A stretch of 63,512 nucleotides of DNA from Elusimicrobiota bacterium (GTDB lineage Bacteria > Elusimicrobiota > Elusimicrobia > Elusimicrobiales > UBA9959). The notes beneath the pieces were generated by a model. The model saw only the letters and a list, made by a program, of their open reading frames with translations. It ran no database searches and was not told the origin of the DNA. The position numbers and the translations under genes were made by a program. Positions 1 through 9,310 of this stretch are shown piece by piece; position 1 is the first letter of the stretch, and each line of letters begins with the position of its first letter. The stretch is from contig JAINCQ010000007.1 in the NCBI GenBank assembly GCA_036574205.1, positions 1 to 63,512 of the forward strand, read 5' to 3'.

Positions 1-486
1 TTCATTATTATAAGTTTTTCAAATATTGACTAAAAAAACCAGGTAAGTTATTTATATAAATTTAATCCATTTTTTACCCCCCTCTTTAAAAAACCCTTAA
101 AGAAATTTTTATATAAATGAAAACCTACAGGCTTTTTAAAAACCTAACAGGAAATAATTATTATTAAAAGACAAAAACCTTAAAAAGCCTTTAAAGTTTA
201 CAACCCTATAATACTTATATAAATTTTATAAAACTGCGAAAAATTATTAAAAACTTTTAACAGCCCATAAAAACCAGATAAAAGAATAAATTTGTAAAGA
301 ATATGATATTTATATTTATCATAGAGTTAGACAAACAAGTAATATTTGGAATATTAAAATATTTTTTTAAATACATTATTAGTACTTTTCTTTATTAATA
401 ATTTCTAAGCAAAAATTAAGATAAATCTTCTTAACTATTGATAGCTTTAAATGTCAAGAAACTTAATCTGCAACTATATAATGGTT

Positions 487-696
487 TTACTTATATAAAA
501 GGATAAAAATTACTGAAATATAGCCTGAAATAAGAAAGGAAACAGAAAGAAAAGCATAAAAACTTGAAATATTAGCTTTTGTAAGCAAAAAACTACCAAT
601 TCCTATTAAGATAACAGGTAAAAATAGCAAAGATAAATTTATTGATTTAGTATTTTTCTTTTTTCCCTCTTGAAAATCTGAAATTCTGGATTTCAT
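487..696 (-). CDS. Small two-TM membrane protein (possibly DUF3098-like)
   Basis: 69 aa, basic N-terminus then two hydrophobic helices; G-rich SD-like GGGGGGA before ATG. Confidence 0.55.
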   Translation of the reverse strand: MKSRISDFQEGKKKNTKSINLSLLFLPVILIGIGSFLLTKANISSFYAFLSVSFLISGYISVIFILLYK

Positions 697-717
697 ATCC
701 CCCCGAGAACAATCAGG

Positions 718-1749
718 TTAGGCTTTTGATCTAATCCTTGCCTTTATCCTCTCCTTTGTAAACTCCATAAATGATTTCAAAGATGGATCTGTAATCTTTT
801 TTATTTTTTCTTCAAGTATAGCAATACTTTGTTCATTGCCTACCATTCCAATTATATTCAAAGCCATATTTTTGTATGCTATATTATCAGAATCAAGATA
901 TTTGTAAATAAAGCTTAAACCAAAATTATCGCCCATCTTAGCAAGAGCCAAAGCGGACTCAATCTGAACATCGGCATCATCCTCCCCAACCCTCACCCTT
1001 AATGCCTCACTTGCCTTTAAATCTCCTATATCGCCAAGAGCGCGTATAGCCGATATCTTAATCTGTTTTTCCTCAGATTTTGTTAATTTTAAAAGCAATT
1101 CAATCGAAGTTGTTGATTTAATAGCTCCAAGATAGTTTATTGCACTCTGTTTTATAAAAGTGTTACTTTTTTTATCTTCAACTAACTTAATCATATCATT
1201 TTCAATACTCTTTATGTTAAATGAACCAAGCGTTCTTATTGCCACAACTTTAATATTTTCATTTTCATCTTTAAGGGCTAACTCTATTATCTTATCCGGT
1301 TTGTTCAGTTTCGGCATATATGAAATAGCTATAAGGCAGGAGTTTTTTATATCATTATCAGAAGTTTTAGACAAAATTGTCAATATTTTATCAATTGATT
1401 TTTCGCTTCTCATCATACCAAGAGATTCTATAGCCGCCATTCTGACAAGTTTATCTTGATCTTCTATGTATTTTTCTATAATATCAGCGTATTTTAAATC
1501 TCTTGTTTGAGAAAGGTTAATTATCGCCTGTCGTCTTATTATAGGATCTGAAGAAGAAAGCATTTGAGATGTAGTTGCTGAGATATCAGTTTGAGTATAA
1601 ATCTGTTGCTGAATGGATGAGGATGTTTTTTCACTCATTTGTTGAGAGGATTGCTTCTGAGATAAAGGCTGTTTTTTAAAATTTGAGTTTTGAGAAAATA
1701 TATCTGATGAATATATCATCATAACGAATACTAAAGTTAACAATTTCAT
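718..1749 (-). CDS. Exported HEAT-repeat protein
   Basis: Signal peptide, Q/S-rich linker, repeats such as VRMAAIESLG, IKISAIRALG, VQIESALALAKMG; SD GGAGG. Confidence 0.85.
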   Translation of the reverse strand: MKLLTLVFVMMIYSSDIFSQNSNFKKQPLSQKQSSQQMSEKTSSSIQQQIYTQTDISATTSQMLSSSDPIIRRQAIINLSQTRDLKYADIIEKYIEDQDKLVRMAAIESLGMMRSEKSIDKILTILSKTSDNDIKNSCLIAISYMPKLNKPDKIIELALKDENENIKVVAIRTLGSFNIKSIENDMIKLVEDKKSNTFIKQSAINYLGAIKSTTSIELLLKLTKSEEKQIKISAIRALGDIGDLKASEALRVRVGEDDADVQIESALALAKMGDNFGLSFIYKYLDSDNIAYKNMALNIIGMVGNEQSIAILEEKIKKITDPSLKSFMEFTKERIKARIRSKA

Positions 1750-1805
1750 AAGACCCTCCGTCTATATATTATACAATATAAATATTAAGTCATTTCAATA
1801 TCCAA

Positions 1806-4592
1806 TCAAAACAAAGGACCAATATAAAAATATGCTACTCTGGTTCCTGTTTTGGTATTAAAGGACCAATCAAGCGATATTAATATTTTATAAGACTGAA
1901 GAATAAAAGCATAAATATCCAATCCAAAACCAATAGAATTTTTTATATTCCCAATAGAAGGATTAAACGATTTATTCCAACCATACGCATTATCAGAAAA
2001 TAATTTAAAATAAATTGATTTAAAATAAAAGTCTGGAAAAATATAGTACAGATAATAATCCATTTTTAGCAAAGGAAACCTTGATTCTATATTATATACA
2101 GCAACATTTTTAGATTCATTTGTGGAGTTATCTATAAATCCTCTTATCCCCCCCACTCCTCCATAAGAGTAATCTGGATTGTCCCTGCCTTCTGAAAATC
2201 CTAAAAATACTCTATTTACAATTGCAGATTTTCTTGAAAGCGGAAAATATTTTACATAATCTAATGAAAGGGTATCATATCTAATGTTTCCATTAAATAT
2301 ATCGTCATAATGAGAAATAACTACATTAAATTTATATCCATATACCGCTGTTAGATAAAGACCATTTATATTGTTATCAAGATAAGATAATATAAATCCT
2401 CTTTTGCGCTCCTCATATTTGAGATTAAGAGAATTATATTCCTTTATCTCGTCTTTATGGCTTAAATAAATTCCAAGGCTTTTATACCTGTCAAAAGGAT
2501 AGAGAAAACCTGAAAGAGTTTTAATATATCTTTTATCATATTTTTCATCAATATTAATATCATCTATATTAGAAAAATCGTAAATATCAGATATTAACAA
2601 AAATTTAGTTCTATATCTATTATAGAGATATGAAATATTTGTGTTAAGATAGGGATAGGCAGAATTATAAGAGATATAAAAAGACAGATTATGTCTTGAA
2701 AGCATATCGCTTGCCTGCCAGTAAGTGAATAAAAACAAACCACCGGGAGATGAGTATAAAAGCGCTGGAAAAAACAAATCTGTAGAAGCATTAAATTTAT
2801 ATTCTTTAAACTCACCATTAACTTCTTTTTTATTTTCATGTAAAAAAAAGTCTTCAAATTTAACCTCCCCAACCAAAACCCATTCAAAAAATAACCCGCC
2901 TGTTTGATAGATATTCATCAAACCATGTCTGAAATATGAAAAATACACATTTCCCTCTTCTGCAAACGGAGTAAAAACTCCGCCTATAACATTTGTGTGT
3001 CTGTATATCTTTCCACTTTCAATAGAAATAGAATAGAGATTATAATTATTTTTAAAATCAGATATAAAATAAATATTTTTCCCTGTCTTATCATAAGTAA
3101 TATCAACTATATTAAAGGGAGTTGAAACTCTTTTAATATTGCGATTCTTATCTAAAACACAAATATCCCTTTTCAAATCATCAAAATAGCCAGTTTCGCA
3201 TAAATATATAATTTTATTATCGTCTATATATTTTGGTGATAATTTATCTGATGAATCAAAAGTCAAACGTACTAAATCAGTTTTTTTTAGTTTCTTTTGA
3301 GAAATAGTACTTCTAAAATCAAGCTCAAAAAGTTGATTTTCCCCTTCATCCATTCCAACAAAAATAAGTTTTTTGTCATCTGGCGAAAAAGAAAATAGTC
3401 TTGCTTCAATTAAATCCTCAAAAAGGATTTTTTTAAATTTATTATTTTCAAGATCATAAACGCAAAGATATTCTTTATGGTTTTTCTGTCCGGAAAAAAC
3501 CAGATATTTCTTATCATTTGAAATAGAAAGTGAATTTACCAAAAGTGTAAACCTTGAATAAGGAATATTATCAATTCCTATGTCTTGTGCATTTATAATT
3601 TTTTTCCTTCTAGTGATTAAATCTTCTATTATAATTGACGGTGGATGTCCCCAAAAGGTGGAGATATATGCTATTTTGTCTTTTGAAATAACTACTGGAC
3701 TTGTGTTAAAAACAGGGATATCATCATTAGCTTCTATATTTAGCTTTTTGCCATAAGTTTCTGCTTCAAACATATTCTCTCTTTTAATCTGATTAAAATA
3801 TTTAATCTCAAGATAATTTTTGAATTTTTCATCAAATTTGTCTATATCAATTCCAATCAGTTTATTTAATACATTATTAATATCATAAGCATCTCTATAA
3901 TAATGGAGCATAAGGGATGGTTTGTCTTTCCCATATTCTTCTGCTAAAAATTTCATTGCTTTAGCGCCTGTTTTATATGCAAGGGTTGTTTGATGTGGTT
4001 TAAGATGTCCAAAGCCAAAAAGCTTTATAAGCGGAATAAGCTTACCATCAACTACGGCATCCCTTACATACATATCCTCCATAGCTAAATCCCAATCTCC
4101 AGTCATATTTTCACTCATTCCTTCCATCATCCATAAAGGATATAAGATAGTTTTTAGTATTCTTGGACTTTCCCACCAGCTATCTACAAGTATTGAAAAC
4201 TGAATCTCATGACCAAATTCATGAAATATAACATCTCTTAACCACATCTTAGAACCATCGCTATAAGCCATAAATCTATCTTTATATGGCTCAGTAACCC
4301 CACCTGTTCCATCCCCTAGTTCAATTATTGAATTCTGCTGAATATCGTTTTGAGATGCAAAAAGAAAAAAAGGGATTCTTTTTTCAAGTAACGGATTAAA
4401 CTCCTTTTTGCCTTTTTCGTAAGCCTTTTCAAGTAGATATGATGCGTAATCTAATAATTTCTCGCTATCTTTATAATAATATATATCAAAATGTTCAGTT
4501 TTATAAATCTTCCAATCAAACTTCTTAACTATTATCTGAGTTTGAGAAAATAAAACTTGAGAAAATAATAAGATAGTAATTATAAATTTCAT
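1806..4592 (-). CDS. Peptidase MA-like domain + PD40/TolB-like propeller + C-terminal Omp85/BamA-family barrel
   Basis: Signal peptide; TEHFDIYYY, HEFGH...PLWMMEGMSE zinc motif; FSFSPDDKKLIF repeats; IRGF loop motif and terminal YFYIGPLF beta-signal. Confidence 0.75.
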   Translation of the reverse strand: MKFIITILLFSQVLFSQTQIIVKKFDWKIYKTEHFDIYYYKDSEKLLDYASYLLEKAYEKGKKEFNPLLEKRIPFFLFASQNDIQQNSIIELGDGTGGVTEPYKDRFMAYSDGSKMWLRDVIFHEFGHEIQFSILVDSWWESPRILKTILYPLWMMEGMSENMTGDWDLAMEDMYVRDAVVDGKLIPLIKLFGFGHLKPHQTTLAYKTGAKAMKFLAEEYGKDKPSLMLHYYRDAYDINNVLNKLIGIDIDKFDEKFKNYLEIKYFNQIKRENMFEAETYGKKLNIEANDDIPVFNTSPVVISKDKIAYISTFWGHPPSIIIEDLITRRKKIINAQDIGIDNIPYSRFTLLVNSLSISNDKKYLVFSGQKNHKEYLCVYDLENNKFKKILFEDLIEARLFSFSPDDKKLIFVGMDEGENQLFELDFRSTISQKKLKKTDLVRLTFDSSDKLSPKYIDDNKIIYLCETGYFDDLKRDICVLDKNRNIKRVSTPFNIVDITYDKTGKNIYFISDFKNNYNLYSISIESGKIYRHTNVIGGVFTPFAEEGNVYFSYFRHGLMNIYQTGGLFFEWVLVGEVKFEDFFLHENKKEVNGEFKEYKFNASTDLFFPALLYSSPGGLFLFTYWQASDMLSRHNLSFYISYNSAYPYLNTNISYLYNRYRTKFLLISDIYDFSNIDDINIDEKYDKRYIKTLSGFLYPFDRYKSLGIYLSHKDEIKEYNSLNLKYEERKRGFILSYLDNNINGLYLTAVYGYKFNVVISHYDDIFNGNIRYDTLSLDYVKYFPLSRKSAIVNRVFLGFSEGRDNPDYSYGGVGGIRGFIDNSTNESKNVAVYNIESRFPLLKMDYYLYYIFPDFYFKSIYFKLFSDNAYGWNKSFNPSIGNIKNSIGFGLDIYAFILQSYKILISLDWSFNTKTGTRVAYFYIGPLF

Positions 4593-5431
4593 TAAATAAA
4601 ACGCAATAAAGCTCTCTTAAGCATAACACCGGTTATTTCTTTCCTGTAATCAGCTTCAGATCTATGATCATCTATCGGAGCTATTTCTTTTTTTATAATA
4701 TCCATAGCAGAGATAATCAAATCTTGAGTTAGTTTTTTACCAGTTAAAAATTTTGAAGTTTCTATACAGCTTTTAACTGTCGGAGCAACAGATGAAACAG
4801 CTATATTTATATCTTTTACAATACTGCCGTCTAAATTCAGGCAAACACAAATTCCTGCTTTGGCTATTCCAAAAGCTTTTCTTCCAATGGTCTTAATAAA
4901 AACTGATTTTTCAAAAAATTTATCAACTATAAATCCCTCTATTAACTCGTCTTTTTTGAGTAAAGTTTTCTTTGGCCTAACAAGTATGTCATCTACCTTA
5001 CATATCCTTCTTTTGCCATATAAATTTAAAACTGCTTTTGCCCTTAAAGCCATAAGAGCCAGAACTCCATCCGCGCATGGGCTTGCGTTAGCAAGATTTC
5101 CACCCAGCGTAGCTATGTTTCTTATGGATGGACTTGCATAATAAGATACACACTCATAAAGAGCAGGGGCAAATCTTTTAATTAAAGAATTTTTTTCAAG
5201 CTCAGCTATCTTAACCGCGCTTCCAATAAAAATACTATCTCCTTCTTTTTTTATTATATTTAATTCTTTTATGTCTGAAATATCAATAAGGCATTCAGCA
5301 TTAATATTCGAATTCTTAATTAAAACAGAAATATCGCTTCCCCCAGCAATATACATCCTTGAAGAGGGAAGTTTTTTTATATTTAAAAATAAATCTTTAA
5401 GTAAATAATACTTTTTAACCTTTAATATCAT
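4592..5431 (-). CDS. Xanthine dehydrogenase family FAD-binding subunit
   Basis: IAGGSD, IRNIATLGGNLANASPCAD, PIDDHRSEADYR. Confidence 0.92.
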   Translation of the reverse strand: MILKVKKYYLLKDLFLNIKKLPSSRMYIAGGSDISVLIKNSNINAECLIDISDIKELNIIKKEGDSIFIGSAVKIAELEKNSLIKRFAPALYECVSYYASPSIRNIATLGGNLANASPCADGVLALMALRAKAVLNLYGKRRICKVDDILVRPKKTLLKKDELIEGFIVDKFFEKSVFIKTIGRKAFGIAKAGICVCLNLDGSIVKDINIAVSSVAPTVKSCIETSKFLTGKKLTQDLIISAMDIIKKEIAPIDDHRSEADYRKEITGVMLKRALLRFI

Positions 5432-5901
5432 CTTCGCGCCTCATCAACTGCTTTTATGATTTTATCATATCCGGTGCATCTGCAAATATTTCCACTAAGA
5501 CCTTTTTTTATCTCTTCAATTGACAACTGTGGGTTTTCCATAAGCATCGCAATAGCAGTAATCATAAAACCAGGGGTACAAAATCCGCATTGAACAGCAC
5601 CATTTTTTTTAAAGCTTTCTTTAAGTTCTTTTGCATATTTAAGTTTATCTATCCCTTCAATAGTAGTTATCTCCTTCCCGGCAACCTGAAAAGCCATTAT
5701 AAGACATGAGTTTACAGCTTTATTGTTAAGCAGAACCATACATGATCCACACTCCCCCTCACCACAGCCCTCTTTAGTCCCTTTAAGACCAAGATCATTT
5801 CTTAAAAAATCAATAAGTCTCAAATGTGGTTCTACTTCTCGAACTATCCTTTTACCATTTACAATACAATCTAATTTAAACTTTTCAACTATTTTTTTCA
5901 T
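5428..5901 (-). CDS. Xanthine dehydrogenase family [2Fe-2S] subunit
   Basis: GTKEGCGEGECGSC, QCGFCTPG, GNICRCTGY. Confidence 0.95.
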   Translation of the reverse strand: MKKIVEKFKLDCIVNGKRIVREVEPHLRLIDFLRNDLGLKGTKEGCGEGECGSCMVLLNNKAVNSCLIMAFQVAGKEITTIEGIDKLKYAKELKESFKKNGAVQCGFCTPGFMITAIAMLMENPQLSIEEIKKGLSGNICRCTGYDKIIKAVDEARR

Positions 5902-5945
5902 ATTTAATCACCATTTTCATAACACAATTTAAGTCTCTTAAAACA

Positions 5946-8204
5946 CTACTTAGCATTTTTTTCTTTTATCAATTTTAAGTTTTTCTCAGGCAAAAAAGGA
6001 ATATAATTTATCTCTATTCCACAAGCCCTTTTGACAGCATTTCTAATGGCAGGGCTTACCGCTATAAGCGGCAGCTCTCCAAGCCCTTTTGCCTTATAAG
6101 GTCCTTTTGAATATTCTTTTTCCACAAATTCTATATCATACTCCGGCATATCAGAGGAAGTTGCAACCAGATAATCAGTAAATCCCGGGTTTTTCATAAT
6201 TCCTTTCTCTATAACAAGATTCTCATATACCCCCCAGCTCATCCCCTGTAATATCCCCCCCTGTGCCTGGCCAACAGCAAGTACTGGATTTATAACCTTG
6301 CCAACATCAAAGGCTGAATAAATTTTCTTAACATCTATCTCACCTGTCTCCATATCTATTTCTACATCTGCAATATTCGCAGAGTAGCTATAAACTATAT
6401 ACGCATCTCCCTGACCGTCATTTATATTGTATGAAGTGGATGGAGATACATACCATCCCTGTTCACTCATCTTAAGTTTTAATGCCCAGCATTCTTTTAT
6501 AACCTCCTCAAAACTTATCTTTCCTTTCTCACAAATGAAAAAACCATCCTTTGCAATAATATTTGGAGATTTTAAAATATCTGAAGCCACTTTAAAGATT
6601 CTTTTCCTAAGAGGCTTTGCAGCTTCTATTATAGCATTTCCACTCATAACAGTAGTTCTACTTGCTACAGTAGGTCCGCTGTCTGGAACCTTTGAAGTAT
6701 CTACCTCTTCAAGTCTTACTTTATGTACCGGAGCATTTAACATCTCACATGTTATTTGAGTAAGGACAGTTAAAGCGCCCTGACCCATCTCAGTATTTCC
6801 AACACTTACATTAACACTTCCATCCTTATAAATATTTATATATGCTCCAGCTCTATCAAGATACCTTCCTTTTGCTCCAAGCCCCACACCATAATAAGCA
6901 ACAGAACAACCATAAGCCCTTTTTCTATAAGGTGATGATGGTTCAAGTTTTTTTGGCCAACCTGATTTCTTTTTAACAACCTTAATAAGATCTTTAAGTC
7001 CTATAGATTCTTTTATTTTTTGAGATGTAGCAGTAAAATAATTTTTATCTATTATATTTTTAAGTCTAAATTCAAGTGGATCCATTTTGATTTTATCTGC
7101 AAGATCATCTATGATAGATTCAGTTGCAAAGGATATCTGAGGTTGTCCAAAACCTCTAAAAGCTCCACATGGCACTTTATTGGTTTTCACAGCATAACTT
7201 TCAATAAAAACATTTTCTATTTGATAAGGGCCACTTGCATGAACAGTTCCCCTCCATAAAACTATTGGGCTTAAAGTGGAATATGCTCCTGCATCAAGAA
7301 TATACTTTATTATGCAGCATTTTAATTTACCTTTCTCATCCGCGGCATATGTTATTTTTGAGTATGATGGGTGTCTTTTAGACATCGTTCTAAAATCTTC
7401 TTCTCTGTCATAAGAAATTCTAACTGGCTTGCCGATTATATAAGAACAAAGAGCAGCATGCGCGCCGACAAGAGCAGGGACATCTTCCTTCCCACCAAAT
7501 CCCCCGCCTGTAACTGTCTGAATTACTTTAACCCTATTTGAACTAAGACCTGTAATAGCGCAAACCGCATCAAGAACATAAAAAGGACATTGAGTTGAAG
7601 AATAAACGACCAAACTGCCATCCAATTTATAAACTCCTGTGGCTACCTGAGGTTCAAGATAACAATGAACCTGATAATTAGTTGTAAATTCCTTCTCTAT
7701 AACATACTTGCATTTTTTTATTTCGCTAAAAGCATCTCCTTTTTTAATAACATAACTTGAAAATATATTTTTTTTATCTTTTATAGATTTATGAATATCG
7801 TCTATATAATCAAGCTCTTTACACAAAATTTTTACTTTCTTTAAAAGCTCCCTTGCTTTTAGATATGTTTTAGCCACTAAAATTCCAATAGCCTGTCCAT
7901 GAAATTCGGCAACCTCATCTGCAAGAAATGGGTAATCAGCATCTACAATCTGCCAGTTGTTTTTCCCCGGGATATCTTTTGCGGTTATAAGTCTTACAAA
8001 ATCCTTGTCTTTTTCAACTTCCGAGATGTCTATCTTCTCAATTTTAGTTTTAGGATAAGGGCTTCTTATACAAACCCCATAAAGCATATTTGCAAAATCT
8101 ATATCATCCCCGTAAAGAGCCTTGCCTTCTATCTTTATCTCAGAATCAACTCTATTTATAGATTTTCCAATAAAAGATAAATTTTCATTTGTTTTTTGAA
8201 ACAT
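5946..8204 (-). CDS. Xanthine dehydrogenase family molybdopterin-binding subunit
   Basis: STQCPF, GGGFGGKE, AFRGFGQPQ, EMGQG, TVASR, GQAQGG, KGLGE. Confidence 0.93.
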   Translation of the reverse strand: MFQKTNENLSFIGKSINRVDSEIKIEGKALYGDDIDFANMLYGVCIRSPYPKTKIEKIDISEVEKDKDFVRLITAKDIPGKNNWQIVDADYPFLADEVAEFHGQAIGILVAKTYLKARELLKKVKILCKELDYIDDIHKSIKDKKNIFSSYVIKKGDAFSEIKKCKYVIEKEFTTNYQVHCYLEPQVATGVYKLDGSLVVYSSTQCPFYVLDAVCAITGLSSNRVKVIQTVTGGGFGGKEDVPALVGAHAALCSYIIGKPVRISYDREEDFRTMSKRHPSYSKITYAADEKGKLKCCIIKYILDAGAYSTLSPIVLWRGTVHASGPYQIENVFIESYAVKTNKVPCGAFRGFGQPQISFATESIIDDLADKIKMDPLEFRLKNIIDKNYFTATSQKIKESIGLKDLIKVVKKKSGWPKKLEPSSPYRKRAYGCSVAYYGVGLGAKGRYLDRAGAYINIYKDGSVNVSVGNTEMGQGALTVLTQITCEMLNAPVHKVRLEEVDTSKVPDSGPTVASRTTVMSGNAIIEAAKPLRKRIFKVASDILKSPNIIAKDGFFICEKGKISFEEVIKECWALKLKMSEQGWYVSPSTSYNINDGQGDAYIVYSYSANIADVEIDMETGEIDVKKIYSAFDVGKVINPVLAVGQAQGGILQGMSWGVYENLVIEKGIMKNPGFTDYLVATSSDMPEYDIEFVEKEYSKGPYKAKGLGELPLIAVSPAIRNAVKRACGIEINYIPFLPEKNLKLIKEKNAK

Positions 8205-8568
8205 AATATTTTATTTCATCACAAAGTTTTTCTATATCAAAAGGTTTTGAAAAATAAGCGACAGCACCTAATTTTAAAGCCTTAACCCTATCAATAGGTT
8301 CTATATACTTACCTGATATCATTATAACAGGAGTCTTTTTTAATCTTTCTGAATTTTTTAAGATCTTTAAAAACTCAATCCCATGCATATCCTCAAGCTG
8401 AACATCAGAAATTATAACATCAAAAGAATATGTTGATAAAAGTTTCAAAGAATCCCCAACATTTTTTGCAACTGATATTTCTACATCCCCTATTTTCTCT
8501 TTTATGCTGTCTTTAAGCGTATCAACAAAATTAGTATCGTCATCCGTTATCAAAATTCTATATCCCAT
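8185..8568 (-). CDS. Single-domain response regulator (REC)
   Basis: ILITDDD, DVIISDVQL, MISG, FSKP; start moved to ATG 8568, directly after the upstream stop. Confidence 0.88.
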   Translation of the reverse strand: MGYRILITDDDTNFVDTLKDSIKEKIGDVEISVAKNVGDSLKLLSTYSFDVIISDVQLEDMHGIEFLKILKNSERLKKTPVIMISGKYIEPIDRVKALKLGAVAYFSKPFDIEKLCDEIKYYVSKNK

Positions 8569-8569
8569 A

Positions 8570-9310
8570 TTAATATCCCATATCAAGCCTCTCAATCAAT
8601 AACTGGGGCATATTTAAGTCTTTCATAAGGTTTTGAACTTTCTTTATATCATAACTTAGCCTTATAAGCTCAAAAACCATCTTCTCATCATCAAAAATCC
8701 CAAATGATGCCATAGGATTACCATCACGAGGTTGACCGACAGAACCAGGATTTATAAAAAACTTTAAATTATCCTTTATTTTTATTTTGCCGAAAGGTTT
8801 TATAAAATCACCAATGGCTTTGTTATTAGAATCCATATAAAAACACATCGGAATATGTGTGTGACCCAAAAAAAGAATATTTGTTTTAACTAGCTTCAAG
8901 TTATCCATATACTGCAATTCGCTTAAAAGATACTCTTTAAGCGGAGATTTAGGAGAACCATGAACAACAGTAAACTTATCAGTCTCTATTTTTTCACTAA
9001 GAGTATAAAACCAGGAAAGTCTTTCATTATCTATTTTACTTTTGCTCAACTCAATACTTGCCCTTGCATACTCATTGAACCATTTCATATCCATTTTTCC
9101 ACATAAAATAGCATCATGGTTTCCAAGAACTATTTTAGCTTTATCTCCCAGACTTCTTATAGAATCAACACATTCAACTGGCTGAGGTCCATAACCTATT
9201 ATATCTCCGCATATTATATAGTTTGAAATAGAATTTTTTTCAAGGTATGAAAGTACAACCTTTAGGGCTTCGTAATTAGCATGTATATCTGAAAGTATAG
9301 CATAAATCAT
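8570..9310 (-). CDS. Metallophosphoesterase (calcineurin-like)
   Basis: SDIHAN, CGDIIGYG, LGNHD, VHGSP, GHTH, NPGSVGQPRDG. Confidence 0.92.
   Translation of the reverse strand: MIYAILSDIHANYEALKVVLSYLEKNSISNYIICGDIIGYGPQPVECVDSIRSLGDKAKIVLGNHDAILCGKMDMKWFNEYARASIELSKSKIDNERLSWFYTLSEKIETDKFTVVHGSPKSPLKEYLLSELQYMDNLKLVKTNILFLGHTHIPMCFYMDSNNKAIGDFIKPFGKIKIKDNLKFFINPGSVGQPRDGNPMASFGIFDDEKMVFELIRLSYDIKKVQNLMKDLNMPQLLIERLDMGY

Noticed and set aside
1..486. oriC or CRISPR array
   Set aside because: No close TTATCCACA matches and no regularly spaced 25-45 bp repeats
4592..8204. Aerobic CO dehydrogenase CoxLMS
   Set aside because: The CoxL AYxCSFR loop is absent; the sequence reads AFRGFG
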